The translations under genes and the position numbers were made by a program. The notes under the pieces were generated by a model. That model was not told the DNA's origin and did no database searches. It saw only the letters and a list, made by a program, of their open reading frames with translations. DNA of 64,000 nt from Raillietiella orientalis. Its lineage: Eukaryota. Positions 11,509 through 24,099 of this stretch are shown one piece after another (the stretch's first letter is position 1; each line of letters starts with the position of its first letter). The stretch spans positions 2,046,001 to 2,110,000 of the forward strand of contig JAYWIR010000003.1 of NCBI GenBank assembly GCA_036172245.1, read 5' to 3'.

Positions 11509-13470
11509 TCATCTAAAAAGCAAGATGCGCTGGAAAACAAAGTGGCGCACCCACAGGAACACTTGATAAGCTGAGATTCGTAACTGGGCCCATGATTGAC
11601 CTAAATGGATTCTAGCGAAGCACCACAGTCCATCACAATGATGTAAACGGTCTTGGTACACTGCACGCACACAACTGCGCATCATGGTGACAAAAGAACA
11701 CATACTAATAAACAGAATAAGTATCATCTAATCCAGTCTTTAACTACCTTGCTTCTGTGTGCAGTGCAAATTCAATACCACGTAATAAATCATTTGTCTT
11801 GAAAATAAGCAGCATTTCACGTGGCACACAGTTTAGTACAGTTGAAATCATTGGTATGTAGGCAGCCACTTGCTCTTTTACCCGACCTTTCTCATCATCT
11901 GTGAGAGATTTTGTACCAAGTCCTTCTTGGATAGCTTCCCAAGAACGGCCTGTTAACATGCATGCCAAAAGTCCATACATGTGGCCCACGCCTAATGTTT
12001 GGGCGGCACAACGAATGCCCTGCACATCAGCATTAAGAATGGCCATCCAAAGGGAAGCATATTGCAATCGGAATTTATCAGTCAGTGTAGTATACAAGCC
12101 ATGATCTAGCAATGCCACTTGGAGAACACCATCCTTCTGATGAACAACTACATTGCCAGGATGAGGATCACAGTGCACATAGCCTTTCACAAAAATCATT
12201 TCTGAGTAGAGAGCTCCTAGCTTGCATGTTACTTCTGCTGGATTTATTCCATGATTCTGCATATACTGTAAATCATTAACTTGACCACCTTCACAGAACT
12301 CCATAGTTAGAATTCTGGGGGAAGAAAGGTCCCAACGAATGCTTGGAATCTAAAACAGAGTTACAACCTTTGGCATTAGGTGCCACAACCTTCAGCCAAG
12401 TTAGATGGCGAAATAAGCGTGCTACCCTCTCAGCATTGTGGCCTTCAAGAAGAAAATTCAGTTCCTGAGGAAGATTACGCTTCATTTCCTCCACTAGCCA
12501 ATCAAAGTTAAAATCCTTGAAGAGTTTGCTAGCTATCCATACAAACATCTTCTGAAAAGTTATCAAATTTTATGCCACCCTCACCTCCATCATTTTCATA
12601 TCCACAAATGAATGTTCTTTGACTTGACGGTGTTGCACTTTCACTGCCACTGCTGTTCCATCTTTCAAACGAGCTTTATGTACCTGAGCCAAAGAGGCAG
12701 CACCTATAGGCTTGTCATCAAATTCCATAAACAGCTCCTGCGTCTACAAGAATTCAGTCAGGTTGATGACGACAATTATTCCTCGAACATAGATGAAAGT
12801 GTTAAAATAAGAAAAGCAAAGGAAACTGGATCTTACAAGATACTTGGGTCTAACAAGAACTCTATCTAATTTCTTGTAAGATCCAAGTATCCCAACATTC
12901 TCTGTTGCTGAGCCTACCTTTTGCTTGAGATCCTCTTGGATGACACATAACACATCAGACAAAGGGGATATGGGAGCATTTGCATGCAACACTTTCATGG
13001 TACTAAAATACTCTACAGGAAGAAGATACTCCATAGACCCCAAATGTTGGCCTACTTTAATGAACACACCTCCATTGACTTGGCACAAATTTAATAGCTT
13101 CTTTGCAGATCTGAGGTGAATCTTGAAAAAGTTTTCTGGATGTACACAAGTTCCCTGTTCTCTACTTACATCTGATACCAATTTTCTGTATTGAGAACAA
13201 CCTTTGTCCATCTTTGCTGAAGATAAATTTTTCTTATAATCAATGAATATATCAAACAGCTAAAAGACAAATGAGACTCTTTATAGCTATGTTCAAACTA
13301 ATGAATTTTCGTACTGTAACAAAACACCTTCCAAATCTTACTACTCCAATGGTTCCTACTTTCCAATCGTTTGTTTTTATGGTAATCAGCAATCCAGTAC
13401 CAATGCAAATTCCTATTCCAAGCTTTTTCACAAGGCTTTTTTTTAACAACAGCATGTTCTTTTGGAGCAT
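11509..13470 (-). CDS. ADCK1: aarF/ABC1-family atypical kinase ADCK1
   Basis: Motifs NGGVFIKVGQHL, AVKVQH, ELNFLLEG.N, MEFCEG, GYVHCDPHPGN, LLDHGLY and VPREMLLIFKTNDLLRGIE across short-intron exons. Confidence 0.94.
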
Positions 13471-15279
13471 GAATAAACTCAGTGAATGAATATACTAATT
13501 GTTCGACATATGCAGTCTGTATTCGGGGAAGTGGGCTTTAAAGTATTCGCACAAAAATTAAATCTCAAGAAATATGGAACAAAACTGATTCCAGCGATGG
13601 GATTAAAGAAATTATTGGGAGTTGAATTCATACATTTCAACCCTCAAAATGACTTAAAACAACGGCACGCAAACGTAAACACATGACGTTTGCAGGAGGA
13701 TACGGCAAAGTTTCAATTTAATTCAAAATCGGAATTGCACAGTCCTTCGGGGAACCGTAAATGAAAATGAAAATGCATGCAATAATTTCTTTTTTATAAG
13801 CTCCAACTTCTTAAATTTTATAAGCTCTTCAGATATTGATTTATTTTCCTTTTAAAAACTTAAAGGACATAGATTAATAGCTGCAAGATTTTGAAGTAAT
13901 AGTATTATAGTATCCATATAAAATATTAATAAGAATTGAGTTAGTGCAATAACCAAAATCATCATTTATTGCATTTTATTTTATTAAACTCTTGCAAAGA
14001 AAATAATCTCTTTTTCTTGTATGAATTTCATTCCATTCAAAATATGAGACAATTTTATTGCATTCTTATAGAGTGAAAAGTATACCTGTTCATCCACTTG
14101 TTTATTCAATTATTCTTTTTTGATTATTATAATGGCTTTTTCATGAAACTTACTCGACAATCTGATTTACATTTCATCTCAATGTCAAAAGTTCTAGTTC
14201 TCTGTTTTTTTTCACTAGTTCGTCTACGTAAATAAATATATATAAAGGAAAGGAAAAGTGATGTACACATACGTAGCAGGAACCATTTTATTCCATTTTT
14301 AAACGATCACTTTTCTTAAGGTATCATTCAGTTATGTGATTTAAATTTAAGGTACAAGCAAACGCTTAAATAATAGGAAAAAACTCTGGAAGACGTTCTC
14401 GATAAAGGTGAAAGAATACCGGAAAGCCTTCCGAAGAATTGGATGCCTTTTCCGTGGACACCTTTTCCCTTTTTCTCAGATGAAACTCATCCAAAGAATT
14501 TTTCAAACTTCCAGGAAAGACTACTGTGTGCAACCTAGTGTTCTCACACTTGCGTCTCTGTGGTTCTACTTCCTATCATCACATGGGAGACCATTTTTCC
14601 GTATAGCGGACGTGACCGAACCGATAGAGAATATGAGAAGAATCTCGTACCATAAAAAGGTTTTTTCCACTAGAGATATAGGAACAAAGTTCTCATGGAG
14701 CGATCGCTTATTCCATTCGCGAGTTAGAAATCCATGCATTCTTTCATAACCCCCTTATATGGAAGAATTTGCTTTCTGTATTCCCAAAGAATATGATTCC
14801 CTCGGTCCAAAACTTTTCCTCTATCTTCAGTGAATACCAAGTTCTTCGTTTTAAAGATCCAGAAATCGGTGTATCGAAGGTACGGATGAAAACAGTGAAG
14901 GAAGAGTTTACAGTTCACATAGCTAAGGTAAGCAGTGAGTCGACATACGCAAGGGTAAGTCGATCTTGGTATAATATAAATGAGGAACCACATCAGTTCT
15001 ATGTGCGATTCAATTCAACGTGATTCGGAATACTTTTTCTTTAACCAGTTGCTAATGGATGAATTCGACTTTCATCCTCAGTAGCCAAGTAATGTGTCTT
15101 ACCAGATGATTTTCTGATTTTGAGATAAACTATCGCAACAGCAAAAGGGAAATCCTATTTTTGTGAATCGAGTTCGGATTCGCTCACATATGTGAGCAAA
15201 TATGTTTTAACACATTTCCTGTGTCGAAGAGATTTAAAAGAGGCATGCTTGTTACACACAGCAGGTTGGTTTTTCCTGA

Positions 15280-16200
15280 GACCGACTAGGTTTTGCTATT
15301 CTTCTTGAGCTACTTTTCTTCCTCTCTCTTACCTCTTAATGTGATTCTTCCCGTATTAATCTTGTTTGTATTTCCAGGAGTAGTGTTCTTATAACTCGAA
15401 TCTAGACGATTCTACTGCATTGCCTCATTCCTGAACCTGTTGTTGACGGTAATCCAGGCGGCTGCTGCATTGGTCCGTTTCCTCTAGCTCTTTGGTCACT
15501 GGTGCTAGTGGCGTCACTGGCTCAACGTCAAGGAAGCATCCATGCTGCTTGAATGCTCAAATCTGAAGTGGATTTATCCTTATATACTCTTTTCTATTTG
15601 TTTCCTTATACGGACAGACAACCCTGAGGAAACTTTCGCCGTTTTTTCCAGAATCCAAGCAGAATTCCAATTTTTCCGTGGAGTACAGTAGGCTCTGTGA
15701 CCAACGGTACTCACAGAAAGTTCTTTCTTTCAATGGATAAGCCAGATTACTGAAAATCAGGACTTACTTTTGCACGGGTTCTGTAACTGGGAATCAATAG
15801 CTGATACGAAAAAGCCTCTGGGTGAAAAGCGTACACCAATGCACCAAAAACTAATGGGATGCCTGGCATTGGGAATGCTCCATTTGTTGCACTGATAGTG
15901 AGATTCAGTGGGATTCCCGAAACTCTATTTTCGCTCTCGTTTGATTAGAGTTCGAAGGCAGGAATACTTGTCGACAGTGTCAGATTTAGGGTGCAATAAG
16001 CATATTGATTCGAATCCACAACATTATATCTAGGAAAGCAATACTATTTATAATATTTCGGCTTTAACTCCATTTTTAAAGACTCAAAGAAAGGCTCTGA
16101 GGCTCTATAAGTGCCCTGAAACCGAAGAGGGTTATTAGCATAGAAATTATTCCGTCATCTTTGGATACTCAGAAGTAAGCTCTGGAAGCTTTTCCTGACG
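15280..16200 (-). mobile_element. Possible highly decayed Ty3/Gypsy integrase C-terminal remnant
   Basis: Fragmentary minus-strand peptides LLHPKSD.., PRKNWNSAWILEKTAKVS and RKSSSRRIAKPSR resemble the HPQSNG, W..G.I..K.G.VS and RRS.R..K.P.R motifs of Gypsy integrases. Many stops; boundaries approximate. Confidence 0.3.
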
Positions 16201-18083
16201 TGTGGTCTCGGCTCACTTAAGCATCTCAACCTAACTTCAAAATCTCATCTCACGTGCATCACAGTACTTTTAAAATTGACATGAAGACCTATAATTCAAG
16301 AGGTAGAAATTCCTCATTCCTAGCTAACTATTTTCCATGTTTTTTTCTTCCTGTTTTGTTCAGAACATTAAGCCGTTCTTACTTTTTCTTCGAAACCAAA
16401 GCATCTGTTTCTCTGTGACATTGAGAAATGTTAAACAGTGCAGCTAATAGGATTATTGTTTTTTCCTAACACGGCAATACCACCGTTTTTCACCTGGTAT
16501 TTGGACAGCTTGTGGGCAATCCACAGTCTTGTAGTTTAGATAGTTTTGACCTATGTAGCATTAAACGAAGAAAAAATAAAAAAATAAAATGTCATTAACA
16601 TTATCCGAAAATCTAAATTGGGTCTATGAACTGAAAATTCGACGTGCAGTAAATATCCAGACCCTGATTTTTCCATATTCCACGGAATTTTATGGTTGAT
16701 AAGAACATGGTTGATGATACTAATATTTGTCAAAGTAAAATTAGTAACAGTTTATTTAGGACAACTATTCTCCTGCCAGTCTTATGATTTCCAAAAGGCA
16801 CCCAAGCAATTCTTTACGGTGAAAAATGCTGCGGCTCTCTCCTGGAGAAAAGTCCTGGAAAACATTATTAATAGCCTTCCATTACTGTGTACACCTCTGA
16901 CATCCTTACTGTTCACCGGTGTTTCATGCAACATGCAAAAAAGTGCTTCATTTTTCCTGACCATTTTATCGATGAAGATTTTAAAACGTAATGTAAACCT
17001 TTCATATCAGCCGTAATTTATCTTCATGTTTACATATGGCAAGTGCTTGCTCTTCTGAAGGCTGACTCCCTTCAGATGAGCAAAATTCCGAAGCATCCGT
17101 TGTTATGGAGGATCCGTTTTGCTCTTTCATTGAGCTCCCTTCTATGCTCTCAGGAGGATTGCTAAAGACCACTTGAACGTCTGGAACCAGGAAAACGGAA
17201 ATCCAGCGCAGGGATGCGCTGAATTTTCGTTCTCCCGGTTCATCTCTGGGTGTGCGCACATCTGTTGTTCCCACCTCCGCGTGCCATCACCAATCCTCCG
17301 TATCCCAACTCGCGAAGATGCTAGAGATTCAGGAATCCGACTGAACGCTTGCTTTGAACTTGCTTTCCCTCATCTCGTGTAGGGAAATCTGCCTCATGAC
17401 TCCGTTAGCCGGAAGAAAAAAAGAATCACGCAGCGACGGGAGGCATATTTTTTCCATAGTTTGTTTTCATGACTGTAATTATCGCAACACGAAAATAATA
17501 AAACATTTATTCCTTCGACTGATGTTTTTAGAGATAAAAAATCCGAGAAGACTGAATTCCCTATCGGAAGCGCTTCAGTAACCACCATCGGTAGATGGGT
17601 GATTTTTGGTGAAACACACTTGGTTGATGCATTTTAAATAGAAAAATATTTGGATTCTGTACAGTAGCGAGGAGTGCAGTTTTCCCTACTGCTGTCCTCA
17701 GCCCTACATACAAGTCCGGCAACTCACGAGTTTTGCCATTGAAGCAATTGCGTGTTCCCTACTGCTTGGGATGTACGGTACATCTAGTTCTTAGGGATGT
17801 ACTTTGTTTCCATTGGAATTTATTTTTTCCATGGAAAGCTCGGTTGTTTTCTCTCTCTGTTTTAGAGAGAGAAAACAATCAATGCTACATAAAAATTACA
17901 CAGAAATTCTCAAACTATGGTCACTGGCGATTTTTTCGTAAACAAGAATCCACCTTCTGACATTTGTTTTATGTTTCGTTTTCAGGTGCTCAATTTAAGA
18001 CTTATTCGCCGCTGTTCAGTGCTGAAATCTGTAATGCAAAATGGACTGTCAATGGGTAATTCAGTTTATGGCAAGGGTTGAAG

Positions 18084-18127
18084 AAATCTGGATCGTATTT
18101 CTGTCGGCAGAAATACGATCCAGATTT
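18084..18127. repeat. Perfect 20-bp palindromic hairpin with 4-nt loop
   Basis: aaatctggatcgtatttctg-tcgg-cagaaatacgatccagattt. Confidence 0.92.
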
Positions 18128-18739
18128 TTCGAATGATTTGGCAGGAGAATTCCTATAATCTTCAGTTATAGAGGTAATTTTTCCGTTGCATATCAAATCT
18201 ATTTATTGGGTCTTAGAATCCATTTGGATGGTGTATGTACAGGCGTAAAACAAGTGACTTCGTTCAAGTGAATAAAGACTACACAATCAGGGGTAGAAAA
18301 AAAAAAAAAAACGCGTACAAGAGTGCTTGTATAGACTGTAAGAGTTTGACAGTTTGAGTATTCTCAGTTTATATACTTAATGAGATCAATAAGCTCCTTC
18401 CGAAATGTTTAGCAAAGGAAGGTATTTTCTCATTGAAAACCATCCTTCTGAGTAGTTTCGGCTTTCTCTTGAATCTAGTCTATCCTTCCGTATCATCCTT
18501 TTGAGTTACAGCTGCAGTTACAAACTTCAATGGTATAGAAAAACAGCTGCCTGTGAAAGTTTCTAGGAGTAAACTATTACTCTCTTCGCTCACATGCAAC
18601 AGCATCAAGCTAAATATCAGACGCATAAAAAATTGAAACAAAATACAGTAGGCCCTCGTGTAACTAAGAGAATACGTTCAGCGTTATACGAGCCCTATGG
18701 GTTATACATAAATAATATGACAGCATTTATAAAAGCTGA

Positions 18740-19645
18740 GAGGCGCATTTCAAAAGTAAGGGGGGACCGGATAGAAAGAAAGAACAAATGAGAGAAACAA
18801 AACTGTGTTGGCGATTCGAAACACGTGCATCCGCATGTGACTATTCTACGTAGTCGCCATTTTGTCTCCAGACACTTTTGATACCGTGGAAGATCCTTTT
18901 TGAAAGACCCTCTGCATAAAAGTCCGTCGCCTGGGGGTTCAGACAGTTTAGCAGCACTGCAGTTTTCAACTCCTCCCCTTCCCCCTCGCATCCTCGAGCC
19001 ACTTCTTGAGGTGCAGGAAGACTTGGTAGCCACTGGGGGCGAGGTCAGGACCGTAAGATCAAAAAGCTCCCATTCGAATTTCTGAGTCGTCTGGACAGCA
19101 CTGTGTGGGCGCGCGCCGTCGTGAAGGAGAAGAACGATTCCTGGTCTCAGCATTCTGAACGGCACGCCGCAGTGTTGAAAGTGTTTCTAAACAGTAGACT
19201 TGCGCACAGTAGATGGCTGTTCCAGGCTCCGTAAAGTCCACCAAAAGCACACACACCCTTTCGGTCCCACACACATGCCGTCCTCACATTCCAGACAATT
19301 CGAATATTCGAATGGGAACTTTTTGATCTTACAGTCCTGACCTCGCGTCCAGTGGCTACCAAGTCTTTCTGCACCTCAAGAAGTGGCTCAAGGATGCGAG
19401 GGGGAAGGGGAAGAGTTGAAAACTGCAGTGCTGCTGAACTGGCTGAACCCCCAGACGGCGGAATTTCATGCAGAGGGTTCCCCAGAGCTCCCCTTTCACG
19501 GTATCAAAAGTGTTTGAAAAAGAATGGTGACCACGTGGAAAAGTGACATGGGGATGCGTGTGTTTCGAACCACCAATACAGTTTTGTTTCTCTCATTTGT
19601 TCTTTCTTTCTATCCTATACGCCCTTTCTTTTGAGACGCGCCTCG
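18740..19645. mobile_element. Non-autonomous mariner derivative made of two inverted transposase 3' ends (fold-back MITE)
   Basis: Minus strand carries frameshifted mariner motifs WDRKG.LLVDF.EPGT, GIVLLLHDGARPH, WELFD, RYQKCL..NGDYVE. The plus strand at about 19290-19645 repeats the same 3' end. Ends are gaggcgcatttcaaaag and cttttgagacgcgcctcg followed by TA. Confidence 0.85.
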
Positions 19646-20376
19646 TATAACGGTACAATATTTGTTCCACTTTAAAACAAAAAGAAAAAGATTAAGAGTG
19701 TCCATATGATTTAAATCAAAGTAAAATGAGGCTTTAGGGTTTTGTTCGCATCTAATCAATTCGGTCCTCAGCCCTATCGTTCTCGTAGTGGAAAAACGAA
19801 TCTTGCACTATTTCAATCGCGAGAATTTCGGCTGCCAGGAGATTTGTTGCTAAAAAGGAATTTTTTTGAAATGTGAAACGACAAGAAAACCCAGCCTACT
19901 GAAATCATGTGTTCGTATTCTTTTTACAAGCAGCTGAGCTGACACTTTACCACAAAGTTAAAATTCATCTACGGCACTGCACGGGGATTGCACAAGGACT
20001 GTTGGCATTTTTTCGTGGCCACGTTGTACCAATCCGCAACATATGGGGATCCCCTCTGCTTTAAGGGTGTGGTAAGCTCCCGAATAATCTGTAAAGAAGT
20101 CAATCCTTCTACTTTCAAGGTACCTCGTATATACTCGTATTTTCAAAGTACCTCGTATATATCAGTGTACCTCGTATACAAAATTCCTGCTCTCTGTGGA
20201 AGGTACTGGAACGTGAGTATTCGTAAAGAATGGCATCATCCGCGAACCTCGGTACGGTTCGGTATTTTTTCTAACAAGGCAGAAAATGTTACGACCAGAG
20301 CGACTTTAGTATTAGGAATCGGTCCATTTCAACTAGTCAGCACATTATAGAAAGTTTCCTTTCTACAGACTATTAT

Positions 20377-23150
20377 CTACAGGCTTGCAGCCTGAACCAC
20401 TATGTTGAGGAGCGGTTCTAATGAACTCGATGGCGTTTCTTGAGCGGCACCGCCACGCAAGAAACGCGCCAATCTGGTTTCGATCAAATGCACTCGAATC
20501 ATTTCCTCTGTCGACCATCTTTGCTTGGAAAAACAAAAACAGGCAGAAGGCATTCCCGCTTTCGAGATGACGAATTTCCTGAGCATGCAACCCGGCTAGC
20601 TATGCTGAAGGTCGATTTCAACTGCACAGGAACTTGCCCGGCTTGAGCGAGTGGGATCCGTAGGACACAACTGCTCCCGCCTTCTACCCCCAAAATTCAT
20701 CAAAGTGAGAAACCAACGTGCACAGAGTCCAGAGGCTATGGCTGCCGACAAAAATCGAGACAGGAGAGGTTTGCTCCTGCCCTTCGCATAGATCAACGGA
20801 TAGCCGTGGCAGCAATCTTTCGCTGGAATTGGGAAGAAAGCGGTGGTGATTCTCACCCTGAATTCCTGAGTTCGCGTCACTAACCAGGAGCCGTTGCTAA
20901 AGAATCACGAACATACCTTGGCAAAGTGCCAGATTCCGTCCTTAATAGAAGAATGAAGACATGCTACAAATGACGGCTCACCTTCTTGTTCCAGTACACA
21001 ACTAGTAAGAATCTTTCCAGAGCCCGTTTCAACCTGTTGAGCTCACTTTCCGTTTCAAGGAGCTGCTCGTCGACGTTCTTCATCTCTGCGTGCACGCAAG
21101 ACAGTTCCTGGCACAACTTCTTCTCTCTCCGTTTCAGGTTTTCCAGCATGAATCCCATGGACTCGCTCAGAACTTGGGCGGAGGCATACTCTAGTGGGAA
21201 GTTTTCCGCACTTTCCGAATCTGCGCCGCAGCGGGCGGCGAAATCGCGCAAACGTCGGACAAGCGCTCCCCTCCAGCAGCAGAGGGCGGACAGGCGATCT
21301 TCCCGGGTCTTCTCCTGCCGCTGCTTCGCGAGCAGCTTCGTCTTCAGAGAGTCGTTTCCTCCGTAAAGCGAGGCGATCCTGTAGCAGACTGATCCTTTGA
21401 GTCTTTTGTACCTCTTCAGCTCTTGCCATCCTGAGCTCACCACGGATCCTTCGAGGAGGCCGTACAACGCGCTCATTTCTCCCAGAAAGGACTCCACTCT
21501 GTTGACCAGACTCTCCCGTTTACTGTGAGCGTAACTGTCGGAATCGTGGCTCAAGAATGGCATTTGCTTTACCGATGCTGCAGAAGAGCTGAAGCCTTTT
21601 GCTGCTCGTGAAGTTCCTCTTCAACCCTTTCCCTTCTGCTGCTCATTTCTAATCTAAGGTTTTCAGTTTGCTGACTTATTTGTTCTATCTGATACTCGTA
21701 CTGATCCAGGATCTTTTTCTTCTCGTCTGGAAAGAGAAGATCGATCATAGTAAGGGTTTCCAAATGTCAACAAGATGCGAAAATGTATTTTTTGTTGTTT
21801 CTCCGCGCTGTAATCTTTTTCATCAGACGACGGTAACTGATATCCTTAGAAAGAACGCCGATACCTTGCAAATGATGGTTTGGAGATGCAAAAGCTTCCT
21901 TTGTGCTGAGGAAAAAAGTGTTGCCTGAAATTATGGGCAATACCTCGTCCATCGTTTTTCATTCCGAAAACTTTGCCGAGAGGACCAACAGAGATCCCGA
22001 TGGATGGCTTCTTCGCTGCCTACGAGACCGCTTTCTCTGCGAACCGTTTTCTGTTTAATGCAGTGCGAGTTCCATGTTGAAATATGAAGCCGATTTAAGC
22101 GAATGTGAATCCACGGAACAAAGGAATAGGGAATGAATGTGACCGCTGTTTAGAAGAGTCATTCGTCACTTCCATGTGATTTGGGGGAAGTGTAATCAAA
22201 ATAAACTTCTAGCATCATTTGTCATGCATCACACACAATATTGAAATTTCATGCCTTATTAACATTTCCCTTCGCGTTTTGCAGCAGCATATTCGCTCGC
22301 TGTCTCTAATTTGACGTACACTATTCTGTGCAGTTTTTGACTCAAATGCTTGAATTGAGGTAAAAGCTCGTCTAGAAGGTCATTCGTAATTTACTGACCG
22401 ATAAACACAACTTCTGCTCTCAGTCGTTCCGCATTGGCATCAAATTCTTTTGATGTTGCTTCTAGCTCGTCACTGGTGCTCTTCAAAACTTCCATCCTCT
22501 TCTATACACACAGGAAAAGATCGGCTCTCTAGAAATTGTAAGCAACGAAAAAACCTTTGCGACAGCTTCCAACCGAGCTACCATATCTTGTATCTTTTGT
22601 TCTTGTTCACAGGCCACATTTGTTAAATACTCTGATATCACTTCTCTCTCTTCCAGCAAAGAATCCAGTTTCTCTTGGGCTTCTTGAAGTGCATAATGCA
22701 TGTGGCAGTTTATCTCATATTGCCTGGAAAAACAAAAGTGATTAGCTCTATTTCATTTTTCATTTTTTTTGTTACGGTGATCAGGAAATGCGATTGAGAT
22801 GCAGGAGAAATTTCATTATAATTTTCCCTATTTTACCGAGCTTAGGGGGATTTTTAAGAAGGGAGTTTTTAATGTACGAACACATGAAAGCAATCCATCA
22901 AACCATATGAAACTGCTCGTTCCTGAAGTACAGCCGTAAACCTTTCCGTCTCGGTTAAGTGTTTGCATCTAAACAGAAAGAGAAATAGCATCTCAAAAGA
23001 GAAACATGGGGAATGCTCATTTGAGGAGACCATCAAGTGCTGCCGGTATTCCCGCCAGAATTTCGGGACGTCCAGGACGTCGCAATTATTCACGCACAGA
23101 AAAATCGAACACTTTGGCAAGCAGTCAGAAATCGAATAGACACCCAAAGA
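20377..23150 (-). CDS. Multi-exon coiled-coil protein of unknown family (boundaries uncertain)
   Basis: A series of same-strand, heptad-rich exon-like ORFs (HYALQEAQEKLDSLLEERE..., RMEVLKSTSDELEATSKE..., KILDQYEYQIEQISQQTENLRLE..., 199-aa ORF 20964-21563) joined by short GT-AG introns. Confidence 0.6.
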
Positions 23151-24099
23151 AGTGGCAAATTTTCCACAATAAGATATCTGGACAAGACACGCTGTTTAAT
23201 TTGAGTTGGTTTATGAATGAAGACTTTGATGAATGAGCGTCCGATGGTTACACGAGTTACTCCGTTTGTGATGAGAGTAGCGCCAATGACCCTGGGAAAT
23301 GAAACACAGATCGATCTGAAGAAAACTGAAGAATGCACGAGGTTAAAAAAAAAAAGGCAGCTCAATAATCATTAAGTTCTCAATTCTGGATTTCTTTCAG
23401 GTGAAAAGAACAATCATTGGGGAACGAAAAACTCCCGTAACACGATAATAAGAATACCGCAGAGTTTTCAAACTTTCGAAATTCACAGAGGGGTATCCAC
23501 GGTTTTGGAAGAAATTTCATTTCTATTTCCTGAAAAAAAAAAAAAAAATCTGTGATGACGAGTGCTATGCCCTCATCACAGAATTTGCAGCTGTTTTCGT
23601 TGCTGTATAGTTCAGAAGCAGATATCTTTTAAGTGCATAAGGTTGCATCGTCATGCATCCTTTTGGCATTTTGTTGAATGCCTCGAAAGGACCATCGAGA
23701 GATTCTGTAATATGCAGGATTGATGCTGAACATTATTAAGCACAAGAAATCATCCTTGCTTATCCTTGCTGCCAGTTTTCTTATCCAAACTTTCTAATAA
23801 GTAAAATGCTTTCCTCTTTTGATAGTGGGGTTGCATTTACAGAAAACGAACTTAATTGATCAACACTAGTAAGCAGCAAACTAGATCAATGAACGAGTTA
23901 AATGCTGAACGAGAGAACATGTTTATGCAATATGCATGTGTGTGTTGTAGACTTTGATGCAATAAAATGTGGATAACCCTTTTGAGAGACAAGAAAAAAA
24001 GTAAATGAAAACGAATAAAGGGGACACTAAAGAACACACAGATGCATCTTTTCGGTTTAAAACGGACAAAGCATCAAAAATTTTAATTCCAGCAGAATC

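Noticed and set aside
14408..17400. Short ORFs at 14408-15023 and 16782-17274
   Set aside because: Not recognisable and could not be spliced into a credible gene.
20120..20180. Three copies of gtacctcgtata
   Set aside because: Tiny local duplication with irregular short spacers; not CRISPR-like.
23549..23582. 10-bp stem tctgtgatga/tcatcacaga containing a box C-like motif
   Set aside because: Short stem; no matching box D or snoRNA architecture.
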